IMG/VR virus record: IMGVR_UViG_3300048904_000261
Strand: one strand, 5' to 3'
Length of the DNA stretch: 64,000 bases
Source of the DNA: a virus
Position 1 is the stretch's first letter; every line of letters starts with the position of its first letter. This document shows, in pieces, positions 8,457-17,851 of this stretch. Made by a program: the position numbers and the translations under genes. The notes under the pieces are model-generated. The model had not been told where the DNA came from. It was given only the letters and a program-made list of their open reading frames with translations, and did not search any database.

Positions 8457-9422
8457 TCATCGCGAAGAAAAGAACAACTCATTCGAGTACCCTGTCACAT
8501 CGAAACTGTCCACCTGCCGCACGCGGAAGCGCCAGTCACGGTGCTTCTGAAGGTTGCTGGCCTTGTAGTGAATGGTGCCCGGTGTGACCGTTGCGATCTT
8601 CATGAAGGGCGCCAACTCCTTGGATTGCTCGACCTCGGTGCTCATGGCGAGCGTGCCATTCCAGGTCATGTCGATCCAGTTCCCGCCAACTTGAATCGCC
8701 TTGAGACCTGTCGGAGCCGGCGGGGTTGTCGGCGGCGGTGCTGCTGAAACAGTGAATGCAGTATTCGGCCCATCGGTGTAAACCCCATCAACTTTCACCG
8801 CGAGATGTGCCTGCCATATTCCGAACGGCGCGTCCGCGCGAACAGTCCACGAAGCAGTCACCATTGCAACGCCTCCGGGCGCCACTGTTTGAGGGATCAT
8901 GCCGGGGGTCCAATCGTCGAACGGGCCGGACGCATTCGACGCCCCAGGCTGCCGCGCCGTGAGCCAACCTTCATTGATCGTGACCGTTGCGCTCGTGCCG
9001 TTCGTTAGCTTGGCCGTTCCGGTGATTGACTGGCCACGCATGAGGTTGGTCGTCGTTAGGACCGGAGCCGACACGCTGAGCGATCCTGTCGGCGGCGGGA
9101 CGGCAATCGGCGGATTCGTCCAGGTCACGCTTGCCGGACTTTCGGCAGAGATCACCCCGTTCGAGATTTGCCGTGCCGTTAGCCACCAGCGAGTCATGAG
9201 GTTTAAGGGAATGTTCGAGACGGTTGTCTCCAGCGACGGCATCTGCACGTTCGTCACTACAATCGCCTGGTTGGTGCCGATCGCTTGATAGACCAGGTGC
9301 TCCGTTGCGCTCGGCGTTGGGTTCCAGGTCAGTTTCCAGTTTCCGGTCGTCTGAGCGTTTCCACTTGCGGTCAATAAGAGGGACACGATACCGACGCTTC
9401 TCAGCCATGTCCCCTGGCGCAA
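8457..9422 (-). CDS. Signal-peptide protein with two fibronectin type III-like domains; start uncertain
   Basis: ORF track 8457..9620. The upstream part looks non-coding. A TTG at 9422 would give MRQGTWLRSVGIVSLLLTASGNAQ (signal-peptide-like). FN3-like NWKLTWNPTPSATEHLVYQ and APTGLKAIQVGGNWIDMTWNG...FRVRQVDSFDVTGYSNE. Confidence 0.55.
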   Translation of the reverse strand: MRQGTWLRSVGIVSLLLTASGNAQTTGNWKLTWNPTPSATEHLVYQAIGTNQAIVVTNVQMPSLETTVSNIPLNLMTRWWLTARQISNGVISAESPASVTWTNPPIAVPPPTGSLSVSAPVLTTTNLMRGQSITGTAKLTNGTSATVTINEGWLTARQPGASNASGPFDDWTPGMIPQTVAPGGVAMVTASWTVRADAPFGIWQAHLAVKVDGVYTDGPNTAFTVSAAPPPTTPPAPTGLKAIQVGGNWIDMTWNGTLAMSTEVEQSKELAPFMKIATVTPGTIHYKASNLQKHRDWRFRVRQVDSFDVTGYSNELFFSSR

Positions 9423-9761
9423 GCATGGCGACGAGGGGAACGAACTTCCCGAAGGATTCAACGTCACAGACCCTAAGCCGCATCTGGTCACTTCCGCCAG
9501 CGCGTGGCATCGCGCCGTCCAACGTGAAAAAGCGCACCGTGTTAAAGCCTTCGCTACCATCGTGGATAATTGCATAATGCGGTTTCCAGTTGTCAAAGTC
9601 CGGGACGAATAGATAAGCACCGGGTTTCACTAACGGTTTGGATCATGTCAGCAGTGTTTTCACGGCCTTCCAATCATCCAACGGCTGACGTTTACGAAAC
9701 CCGAGCCGAACCAAGAGCCAGTGAAAAGGACGGAACCGACGCCGAAAGCCAATGTGGTAGT

Positions 9762-10568
9762 TCATAGTCCCCATCTCCGAAAATACACCTGCATCCACCT
9801 TAGCTCAGTTTCGCTCAGGTTCCGGTTATACAAAAGGATTTCAAAAGTGTACCCGCTGAATCGGACATTGGCCGTTCCGCTGCCGTTGATGTTTCCGGCA
9901 GTTCCCAAGTAGGCAACGTCCATGTAGCTAGGGATCACGTGCGAGGACAGGCTGCCTTGCGACACGTTATTGCGGAACATAAATGGGTTGCCCGAATTTT
10001 CCATGGCGCACACTGCAATCACAGTTCCCTTGTCGCTGGCCAATCCCGTGAGGACAGAGTTGTGAGTCCCCGCCGCCGCGCGCGTCGTTAGTAACATCGT
10101 CGTATCCTGATCTGCGAAACCGCCTCCAGCCGCGCCGACGATTGACCCGCCTTGAAATTCTCCCGCAGTCGTGCTCGCCTTGATCACGGCAATAACGGTC
10201 CAGAAGTTTGTGGCTATATTCGTTGAGCTTAAATAGAGGGTGTTTTGTGTCGCGAACGAAGTAAGGTTGGTCCACAGCACTCCCGGCAATCCGTTGGCGA
10301 TTCCCGTTTTGAATGTCGGCCTTTGCGCCGCCGTGACGTTGGTAGCGATGAGGCCATACGCTTGGTCGATCCATTCCGTGCCGGTGTTCCCGATCCGCGT
10401 CCCGTCTGTGAGCGCACTGAGGCTGTCGGCCTTCCACCACTGAATCAGACCTTGAGCGTCGTAGGGTTGCGCACCGAATTCTCTCCTCCGCGTTACCGCC
10501 ACAGACATTTGGGCCGTGGCTTCTGCAATCGACAGCAAGCAAAGCAAAAGGGAAAACAATCTTACCAT
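9762..10568 (-). CDS. Signal-peptide protein with concanavalin A-like/LamG-type domain
   Basis: ORF 9762..10682. The likely start is ATG 10568 (MVRLFSLLLCLLSIAEATAQ). C-terminal RFSGYTFEILLYNRNLSETELRWMQVYF is typical of LamG-type lectin folds. Confidence 0.55.
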   Translation of the reverse strand: MVRLFSLLLCLLSIAEATAQMSVAVTRRREFGAQPYDAQGLIQWWKADSLSALTDGTRIGNTGTEWIDQAYGLIATNVTAAQRPTFKTGIANGLPGVLWTNLTSFATQNTLYLSSTNIATNFWTVIAVIKASTTAGEFQGGSIVGAAGGGFADQDTTMLLTTRAAAGTHNSVLTGLASDKGTVIAVCAMENSGNPFMFRNNVSQGSLSSHVIPSYMDVAYLGTAGNINGSGTANVRFSGYTFEILLYNRNLSETELRWMQVYFRRWGL

Positions 10569-11860
10569 ACAGAGGGAGCGGTTGAGCTTTCCTTCCATTG
10601 GACTCGGGCCTTGAGCAAGCGCACCGGCACGTTGGTCCACGTATCCGACGCGTTCGCGCCCTGCCGCGCGACGTTGAACCAAATTGAATCACCCGCTGCA
10701 GGAGAGCCGCCCACCGTGATTGCCGGGGTTACAAAGACTTGTTCCACCTGGCCCGCGGTTGCCAATCCGTTCGTCACAAAAACTTCCGTTCCAAAGACGG
10801 CGTTCGTCATCGCCTCGCCCGGTGCCAGCGAACCCGCCTTGGCGCCCCACACCAGGTTGGTGATGCCGGAGGAGTTTGTGGAATCACACACGACATATAG
10901 CTTCAATTTCACCGTGCCCACGTCCCACACGTCAGGGAAAGTGAGGGAAAATCTCGTGCTCTGCGTCACACCATCAGCGAAAGTCCAGGCATCGCCAAGC
11001 GTGTCATTGACCAGGTTCGTGTAGGTTCCAACAACTGCGGGGGTTGGTCCGGCGTACATTGCGCCGGCCTCGAAGGCTTGATCCCGGTAGATGCCGGTGT
11101 AGGGGGCAGAAAGCGTTAGAGTCGCCGGATCCCATGCGAGGCCAGTGCCGTAATTCGCGTTCGTAACAAGCCCCGTCGAAGTCGTCGCCAGGAGATTTGT
11201 CTTCACCGCCTGGATAGCAATGGAGTTGGTGACGATCAGCGTGTTGTGGTTGCCGTTGACGGTGTAAAGATTACTGACTGTCAGGTTGTTCTGGACCGTC
11301 ACGTTGGACACCGTGATGTTGGAGACCGTAACATTGGTCACCGTGATGTTCGAGACGACGAGGTTGTTGGCGATATTTACGTTGGTAACGGTGATGTTAG
11401 AGACCACCAAATTGTTGGCGATGTTAACATTGGTCACGAGGATGTTGGAGACCGTCAGGTTGTTTACAACGGTCAGATTCGTGGTCACGAAATTGTTGAC
11501 GTTGATGGTCTGCGTGATGTTTGTCGAGAACCCCAAACCGCCCGAACCGTTGTTGGTGAGAATTCCCTCCGCATTGGGAATGCTCCCAAGGGTCGTGCTC
11601 GAAAGCCATCTGGTGACTGCGTTCGCGGTGCCTCCGGCCACATTCGTCACAGTGCCGCTGGAAACTGCGCCATTGGTCCACTTCTGCAATGAGGAATTAT
11701 ACACGAGCCCATCGCCATTGGCCGGCGGCTTGGCCGTCCTGACGTCCTGAAGATCGCCGATCCTGATTTGTGACGCCGGCTGAGCGAATGCCGTCCAAAT
11801 ACACATGCCGGCGAATACAACCAAGCCGAATAGGCCGAAAGCCTGCAGGAGCTTTTTCAT
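10562..11860 (-). CDS. Tail fibre-like protein with N-terminal signal-peptide-like segment and pentapeptide-periodic N-x-T/V repeats
   Basis: 432 aa. N-terminus is MKKLLQAFGLFGLVVFAGMCIWTAFAQ. Fibre-type motif IGDLQDVRTAKPPANGDGLVYNSSLQKWTNG. Repeat block NLTVSNILVTNVNIANNLVVSNITVTNVNIANNLVVSNITVTNVTVSNITVSNVTVQNNLTVSN. Confidence 0.6.
   Translation of the reverse strand: MKKLLQAFGLFGLVVFAGMCIWTAFAQPASQIRIGDLQDVRTAKPPANGDGLVYNSSLQKWTNGAVSSGTVTNVAGGTANAVTRWLSSTTLGSIPNAEGILTNNGSGGLGFSTNITQTINVNNFVTTNLTVVNNLTVSNILVTNVNIANNLVVSNITVTNVNIANNLVVSNITVTNVTVSNITVSNVTVQNNLTVSNLYTVNGNHNTLIVTNSIAIQAVKTNLLATTSTGLVTNANYGTGLAWDPATLTLSAPYTGIYRDQAFEAGAMYAGPTPAVVGTYTNLVNDTLGDAWTFADGVTQSTRFSLTFPDVWDVGTVKLKLYVVCDSTNSSGITNLVWGAKAGSLAPGEAMTNAVFGTEVFVTNGLATAGQVEQVFVTPAITVGGSPAAGDSIWFNVARQGANASDTWTNVPVRLLKARVQWKESSTAPSVW
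11341..11436 (-). repeat. 48-bp tandem duplication within a wider 15-nt periodic block (about 11262-11500)
   Basis: Units 11341-11388 and 11389-11436 differ at 10 of 48 positions yet both encode VTNVNIANNLVVSNIT. The flanks continue a 5-aa period (N-[ILV]-[TV]-V-[ST]). Confidence 0.8.
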
Positions 11861-11868
11861 AGAGAGAT

Positions 11869-12189
11869 TTATCCTGATAGGAGGCGCTGAGAGATTACCC
11901 TGATACCGTCCCCGTCATTTTCCACCCTGACTTTGAAATCAGTTGGGATGAAAAACGCTGCTTCGTAAGGAGGCATCGGCCAGGTCCGCTCCCGCTCCGG
12001 CTCAACCAGCAGAGCGTCCACGCCTCCAACCTGGATCCAAACATTGCCCGTGTTCGGCGTGTCGAGCCCCTTGTCCCCGTAGAATGTCAGACCGTACAGT
12101 TGCATGTTGCCGTCCGGGTCGATGTATTCCGGCGTGGCGGCGTCTGCGACTTCTTTGATCAACTGGAAAGGTTGGTATCGTCGGAGCAT
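11869..12189 (-). CDS. Hypothetical late protein
   Basis: 106-aa ORF in the late chain with balanced composition (MLRRYQPFQLIKEVADAATPEYIDPDGNMQLYG). Confidence 0.55.
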   Translation of the reverse strand: MLRRYQPFQLIKEVADAATPEYIDPDGNMQLYGLTFYGDKGLDTPNTGNVWIQVGGVDALLVEPERERTWPMPPYEAAFFIPTDFKVRVENDGDGIRVISQRLLSG

Positions 12190-12232
12190 TGGATTCCTTT
12201 TGGTTTGGTGAGGCTCGACACGCGCCCCTTAT

Positions 12233-12439
12233 CTACCCCGATTCCAACTTCGTCAACCGCGTTTCTATCTCCGCATCGCGCTTGCGGATGGAGTCGCGCG
12301 TGGATTCCCACAGTTCCCGCCATTGATCTTCCCACTTGGCCAGTGAAGGGAACCGGTCCAAAACCTCTTGCGGCAGCCTCGGAAGTTTGTCCGGAATATC
12401 CACCGGTACCGGCTCACGCTGCCCGGGCTTCTTGGTCAC
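12233..12439 (-). CDS. Hypothetical small helical protein
   Basis: 68-aa ORF. ATGA-type overlap with the upstream 952-aa gene (12439/12436). Confidence 0.5.
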   Translation of the reverse strand: MTKKPGQREPVPVDIPDKLPRLPQEVLDRFPSLAKWEDQWRELWESTRDSIRKRDAEIETRLTKLESG

Positions 12440-15294
12440 GACGTCACCCTCCTGGTGAAGCTGGCGCTGCGCACGCCGGAGATCTCCAGCACGCGCGCAG
12501 TAAGTTCAAACGGGTTATCGATCCCGGCGATCTCGATTTGATCGGCGAAATAATGGCTCCGGAAAAACATCGGGGCAAGATTCTCAACCGGGCTGATCAC
12601 GGCACTCATCAGCGCGGTCGGCGCCTCGACCGGGTTGCGCGTGCCGTATAGGGTCAGCGTCATGGATGTCTGCGCCGATTTGCTCGATAGGATCGGCACC
12701 CAGGAGCGGATGTCTTTCTCCGCCGAGATGCTGCCAAAATCGCTGAGACCGGATTTTAGCCGCGAAGTGTACGGCCCCTTCGTCAGCGAAACCGGGTTTG
12801 CGTCCCGCCGGAAAAAGATCTGCTTCGCCTGCTCGAAGGTCTGCGACTGGAGATAGACCAGGCCATAGAGGAGGACAACTCCCTTGGGCGTTCCCATGAG
12901 GAACCAATCCTCGATTTCACCAACGACCGGCCCGGCCGCCGGCCGCTTCACCGCCGCGGCCGCGCTGATCGTGATGTCGGACGTGGAGGCCGTCATCGGC
13001 TGGCTCAGGTAATCCAGGCAGATCACCCGATCGTCGCCTGTGTACGGGAAGTTTGAAAAGAAGACTTCCTTGGTGAGGATGTTGTTCGCCCCGAAGATCC
13101 ACTTCGAATTTTCCAGCTTCGCGCGGTCGAAGAATTTGTCCTTGCAGACTTCCATCTCCGACATCTCCGTTGGGTACAGGTCCACGATCTTGAACCGGTA
13201 AAAGGAATTTCTGCCGGCGAAAACGTGTTGCGTGTTGTTCACCATCACCAGGGTATTCCGGTAAAAGAGCGCGCGGCTCGCATCGATGCGGCGCAGCAGA
13301 AAGGAGAAAGGCGCTGCCACCTGCCCGGTGTAACGCGCCAGGACGATCGCCGTGTCCTTGTAGATCACCAGCGAACCGTCCAGCTCGAGCATCCCGACAA
13401 TTCCGGAAGTGTCATCCTGCAGATCTTCGAAGCCGACGATCGACGTAGCGGCATCGGCCTTGATGAGATCCGCGCTGGTGACCGCGGTTACCGCCCTTTG
13501 ATCCAGGGACAGCACCCTGTTCGCTGCCACGTAAACCACGTTCGCAGTCAGGTTGCCTCCGGCGGTACCGGCGCCGGCAACGGTCACCTGGTCTCCGATC
13601 TTGAACGACTTCGCCGGTTGATCCAGGAACAGCGTGAACCCGTTCACGGCCATGCTGCCTTTGTAGGTCGGCGCGAAGCGCGTTGGCAATTCGTTCATGC
13701 TCCACGTCAGCCGGTAGCTCACGCGATTGATGAATTGCTTCTCGGTATAGGCCGCGTAGGTGTCCGGGTTTTCGATCCCGATGATCGATGAGGCGATCGC
13801 CAGGTCCGAATCGACGTAAACATTTGTCGCGTCGATGAAGGCGACGATCCTCCGGACTGTGCCGTCTTCCCATGAGATTTCCCGGCCAACCATTTCCGAG
13901 GTGAATATCGTCGCCGCCGCTGTGACTTTGTAATCAGCCGAAGCCTGTTCCGGCTCCGAGGCGACGAAGAAGGACAAGGCCGTGAAGGTCTCCGGCGCGT
14001 TGTCATCCAGGACCACGTGTTGATTATCGGTGAACGTGATGATCACTGACGACCAGCCGTTGACGTAGCGCAGCCGCTTGCCGACCATCGGCGCGGAGAA
14101 TATTGGCGCGGACGCGGCCACGTTCGGGCTGCCGTTTGCCTGGGTACCGGAGATCGTTCCGGAAAAGAGCGAACCGGTTTGCGATGCCGGCGTCCTGAGC
14201 ATGAACCGTTGCGGGGGATTGTTGTTGCCGCCGGACAGGTTCACGTCACGAGCGTTGTTGAAGGCGATGATCGGCGCTGAGAAACCGTTCTCCAGGATGA
14301 TGAACCTGCCAACGTCGCTTGCGCTGAAAAAATCCTGGGTCGTCGTGAACGTGTCTCCAACCATCGTTCCCAGCATCGCCCCGCTTCGGCGCACACCGAT
14401 CGGATCAAACAGCTCGAGCAATTTTTCGGAATGGATCTCCGAGATGTCGCCGAGCATTTGGATCCCGAAGAATTCGGCGATCGCACCTACGGCGGCGATC
14501 CCGGCTTCGCGCAGCTCATAGACCGGCTTGGCCGTCAGATTCTCCGCGCGGAAGGTGAACTCCGGATCCCGGCCGTTGTTGAATACCGAATCGCCGTTGA
14601 TGCAGACGGCCTGCCACCGCTGCGCTTCCGGATCAAACCCATCGGCTATGATGATCCATTCGCCGGTATCCTCCGCGAAGCACGGCGCGTTCGGATTCGG
14701 CGGATCGTCATAAACCTCGTCCTCGTACACGTCGCCGTTTTCCAGGGCGAAAAACTTATAGAGCGTTGTTGGCGTCCCGATGATCAGAGCGCGTTGACCG
14801 TTGGGCCGGCGCGTCTCATGAATCAGCGTGATCGGCGCCCACTCAAGAAGCTGGTAGGTGCGCGGATCCCCGATCGCGTCTCCCTCCGGATAAATCCAGA
14901 TCTCGTCGGCAGCGGCCTGGATTAGTGTGCCGCTGGTAATCTCATCCCCCTCACCGTCACCTGGCCCATTGACTGCGTGATCCTCATTCTCACCGTCGAT
15001 GTAGAGATACGACCAACCTTTTTTAACGGCCACTTTGTCTGCCGTGCCGCCCCAGTTTCCGCCCGGGTTGATGTTGGTCGCGATGCCGTAGGGAAATGGT
15101 TGGTTCCCCAAAGCGGCGTCGGTGTTTCCCTGAAAATAATCGTGGCCTTCCCTCCGCAACTCTCGGTCGATGTAGCGTCTGAAGTTAAGCTTGGTGACAT
15201 AGTGAAGGATCCCCGCGGTGTCAGCCGACAGATTGGAGATGAGCGCCCCGCCCTGAGACGGCCGAACTTCGATTGGTTCGTAGCGCGCAGGCAT
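12436..15294 (-). CDS. Large tail structural protein (tail tubular B / nozzle-like by position and size)
   Basis: 952-aa ORF directly after the adaptor-like gene, sharing one base with it at 15294. No catalytic motifs seen. Assigned by gene order only. Confidence 0.45.
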   Translation of the reverse strand: MPARYEPIEVRPSQGGALISNLSADTAGILHYVTKLNFRRYIDRELRREGHDYFQGNTDAALGNQPFPYGIATNINPGGNWGGTADKVAVKKGWSYLYIDGENEDHAVNGPGDGEGDEITSGTLIQAAADEIWIYPEGDAIGDPRTYQLLEWAPITLIHETRRPNGQRALIIGTPTTLYKFFALENGDVYEDEVYDDPPNPNAPCFAEDTGEWIIIADGFDPEAQRWQAVCINGDSVFNNGRDPEFTFRAENLTAKPVYELREAGIAAVGAIAEFFGIQMLGDISEIHSEKLLELFDPIGVRRSGAMLGTMVGDTFTTTQDFFSASDVGRFIILENGFSAPIIAFNNARDVNLSGGNNNPPQRFMLRTPASQTGSLFSGTISGTQANGSPNVAASAPIFSAPMVGKRLRYVNGWSSVIITFTDNQHVVLDDNAPETFTALSFFVASEPEQASADYKVTAAATIFTSEMVGREISWEDGTVRRIVAFIDATNVYVDSDLAIASSIIGIENPDTYAAYTEKQFINRVSYRLTWSMNELPTRFAPTYKGSMAVNGFTLFLDQPAKSFKIGDQVTVAGAGTAGGNLTANVVYVAANRVLSLDQRAVTAVTSADLIKADAATSIVGFEDLQDDTSGIVGMLELDGSLVIYKDTAIVLARYTGQVAAPFSFLLRRIDASRALFYRNTLVMVNNTQHVFAGRNSFYRFKIVDLYPTEMSEMEVCKDKFFDRAKLENSKWIFGANNILTKEVFFSNFPYTGDDRVICLDYLSQPMTASTSDITISAAAAVKRPAAGPVVGEIEDWFLMGTPKGVVLLYGLVYLQSQTFEQAKQIFFRRDANPVSLTKGPYTSRLKSGLSDFGSISAEKDIRSWVPILSSKSAQTSMTLTLYGTRNPVEAPTALMSAVISPVENLAPMFFRSHYFADQIEIAGIDNPFELTARVLEISGVRSASFTRRVTS

Positions 15295-17315
15295 CAGGGA
15301 TCAATGGAGATAGTGTTCCCGTCCGAAATCAGCGAAGCAACATTGGCCTGGCCTTCCGCCGATAATGCGGACAGCAACGCGTTGGTTCCCCCGTTCAGGA
15401 AGACCGAAGCGCTGGTCACGCCGCTGGCCACGGTGCGCGTCAGGATATGCTCGGTCACGGCAGGCGGCAGCGCGTTGGTATCGAAGGCGTAGGTCTTTCC
15501 ATTCAGTAGCATCAGGACGGTGATGACAACGCTCGTCAACACGCAGTCATCCAATTCGATGTCGCCACCCAGCGTAGTGAACACAGGAGCGCTGAACGTA
15601 GTCAGGTTCGGGCAATTCGACGCGCCGATTTTACCGCCGATGCTTTTGCAGGACGGCAGCGAGATAACCGCCATCGCCGATGTGCTCACCAGGAAATCTC
15701 CCTCCACGGACTCCATCGCATCCAGGTTGATGCTGGTCACTGTCAGCATCGAATCCAGGAACACGCCGCCTCCAAACACCTTCATCGCCGGCAGGCTCAG
15801 TGACGTGACTTGATCTGAATTGGCCGCGCCGAAATCCCCATAGGCAATCACCCAGGTTGGCTTGGACACCTCGCCGATGTCCTCGAAAATCATCTCGTTG
15901 ACCGCGCAGACTTCATTGCTGAAATCCGACTCGACGTCATCGGTGACACCGCGCACCTTGTAGCAATAGACGTCCATTGCCGACATGACATCGGTATCGG
16001 TGTAGGTGGAGACATCGCCGTCCACGTCGGCGATCTTCGTCCATTCGCCGTCGTTGATTGAACGCCAGACCTCCGTGGTATCCCTGCCGGTGATCAGGTT
16101 CCAATCCAGGATGGTGGTACCGTTTGAGGAGCTGTTGCGCAGGTCCAGTACCGCGGCTTGATCCACGCAGCCAGGAATGACCGCGGTGCCAGCCACCAGA
16201 AGATCCAACGGGCAAAACTCGTCGGTGGTCTTGTTCCGCACCTTCAGGCACGGATCGAAGCGGTACCCGAACGCGGTCGTTGAGATGTTGCCTATCTCGC
16301 CTTTCTGCGGCTCGAATTCGAAAACCTTTTCGCTGCCGGATCCGATGATGGAGATTGCCACGAACTCCTCAGTCGTCTGATTGATCAGATGGAACCAGCC
16401 GCCAAAAAATCCGTACCCTTCGGCGGAGGCGGTGACACAATCGTCCCAAGTCGGCTGATCGATCGGCGGGCCGATGAGGAACTCTTCTTCGCCCAGCGTG
16501 CCTACGACGGTGATCTTGTGGTACGCCCCGCCTGTATCGAGTAGGTAAAAGAACCCTCCGGAAAATCCGCACGAGGCGCCGTCGAAGCAGCAGATCGTGG
16601 TCTTGCAATCGCAGTGCCCCATCCTCTCCGGTTGCGGAGATGAAGTTGCCGGCGGAGCTTCGGCGCGCCGTTTCCAGTCCAAGGTCAACCTCGTTCGTAT
16701 TCCCATCATGGACGGGTTGCCAGCGTAAGAAGTCCAATAGGAACCGGACAGCACCAGGTCTTTATCCACCTCCCTGGTAATGCGCGACTTCACAAAATAG
16801 GAAACGGCTTCCGCTTCCTCATCGCTGAACTTCACTTCATCGTCGTCATCGAAAACGCCTTTGATCCCCGACCAGTAGAGCCAGCATTCGCTGAGGGTCT
16901 TTAGCTTTGGAAAGATCACGAACTTGTCGGCGAACGGGCTGGTCGCGATGAAATACTGCCAGCCAACAATCCTGGGCTTGCCGCAAAACAGGTCGAAGCG
17001 ATTCTCCCAAGGGTAGGGCACGAAAGGTCTCCGAATGCAATGGCAGGTCTTGGTTACGTAGTAGGAGTCGGTGATGATCGCGCGATCGGGGATTTCACCG
17101 ATGGACGCTTCGCCCTCCTCCGTCACGTCGAATTCTTTGAACACGTTCCGGTGACCTTCCTTGAGCTGCGGGATAAACGACTGCATATCCAGGAGCGCGG
17201 CGGTGACCATTCGATCGAAGTACTTCGCGCTCCCGAGCGAGACGCCGTGGCGCGCGCCGTCAACGGTGATGAGATCCCTCACGGCGGTTTTGAAATCTGA
17301 AAATGGTTGGCTCAT
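15294..17315 (-). CDS. Tail structural protein (adaptor / tubular A-like N-terminus) with FN3-like and leucine-rich-repeat-like C-terminal extension
   Basis: 673 aa. FN3-like NGTTILDWNLITGRDTTEVWRSINDGEWTKIADVDGDVSTYTDTDV..YCYKVRGV. C-terminal repeats ISLPSCKSIGGKIGASNCPNLTTFSAPVFTTLGGDIELDDC. Confidence 0.4.
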   Translation of the reverse strand: MSQPFSDFKTAVRDLITVDGARHGVSLGSAKYFDRMVTAALLDMQSFIPQLKEGHRNVFKEFDVTEEGEASIGEIPDRAIITDSYYVTKTCHCIRRPFVPYPWENRFDLFCGKPRIVGWQYFIATSPFADKFVIFPKLKTLSECWLYWSGIKGVFDDDDEVKFSDEEAEAVSYFVKSRITREVDKDLVLSGSYWTSYAGNPSMMGIRTRLTLDWKRRAEAPPATSSPQPERMGHCDCKTTICCFDGASCGFSGGFFYLLDTGGAYHKITVVGTLGEEEFLIGPPIDQPTWDDCVTASAEGYGFFGGWFHLINQTTEEFVAISIIGSGSEKVFEFEPQKGEIGNISTTAFGYRFDPCLKVRNKTTDEFCPLDLLVAGTAVIPGCVDQAAVLDLRNSSSNGTTILDWNLITGRDTTEVWRSINDGEWTKIADVDGDVSTYTDTDVMSAMDVYCYKVRGVTDDVESDFSNEVCAVNEMIFEDIGEVSKPTWVIAYGDFGAANSDQVTSLSLPAMKVFGGGVFLDSMLTVTSINLDAMESVEGDFLVSTSAMAVISLPSCKSIGGKIGASNCPNLTTFSAPVFTTLGGDIELDDCVLTSVVITVLMLLNGKTYAFDTNALPPAVTEHILTRTVASGVTSASVFLNGGTNALLSALSAEGQANVASLISDGNTISIDP

Positions 17316-17851
17316 GGTTCATCCTTCGTAGGCACGTTGTACTTTCCTTTGCCATCCTGGGCGCGAAACGATCGCTCGCCCATATCCCTTTTCGGCGCCG
17401 CCTGTTTTATGATCGATGAAGCGCTGGGCTCAATGACGCCCACCTGAATGTCCGAAAGGTCGAAGACTTTTCCATTGGCCGTGGCCGCTGGAGGAGGAGG
17501 GGTAACCGGCTTGCCATTCTCAACCACGACCGCACGGCGTTGGGCAGGGTTGCCCACCAGATCGATTGGGACTGGAGGCGCTTGCGGTTGTGGCGATACG
17601 GGTAAGAGTCGCAAGTTCGGCTGATGAGTTTTTTTTTTGAGATTGGCGGCGTATTCCGCCTGCGTGATGCGCGTGATACCCGACTTCGGTTTCCGGACCA
17701 ACTCATCCAGTCCGCTCATTGTCTCCTTGTCCTCAACGGCGGCAACTCCAAGCCAGGCGCCGGCAAAGAATTTGTAAACGTCGAAAGTGAACCGTTTCCC
17801 GCCGGGTAGCTTCACCGCCCGGCTTGCATTCGCGGCGTGGTAGAAAGTCAC
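17312..17851 (-). CDS. Hypothetical late protein with Pro-rich centre
   Basis: 179-aa ORF with ATGA overlaps at both ends. Contains an A10 run (17638-17629 on the coding strand). Confidence 0.55.
   Translation of the reverse strand: MTFYHAANASRAVKLPGGKRFTFDVYKFFAGAWLGVAAVEDKETMSGLDELVRKPKSGITRITQAEYAANLKKKTHQPNLRLLPVSPQPQAPPVPIDLVGNPAQRRAVVVENGKPVTPPPPAATANGKVFDLSDIQVGVIEPSASSIIKQAAPKRDMGERSFRAQDGKGKYNVPTKDEP
17629..17638 (-). repeat. A10 homopolymer in coding sequence
   Basis: T10 on the plus strand. Encodes KKK-T in 17312..17851. Confidence 0.9.

Noticed and set aside
10834-10850. Extra partial match (CCAGCGAACCCG) to the GGTTCGCT element inside the fibre gene.
   Set aside because: Only about 10-11 nt match, there is no partner arm, and the site is far from any start codon. 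This is compatible with chance in GC-rich DNA.
11262-11500. Tail-fibre repeat block as a CRISPR array or mobile-element repeat.
   Set aside because: The repeats are in frame and coding, contiguous without spacers, and conserved at the protein level.
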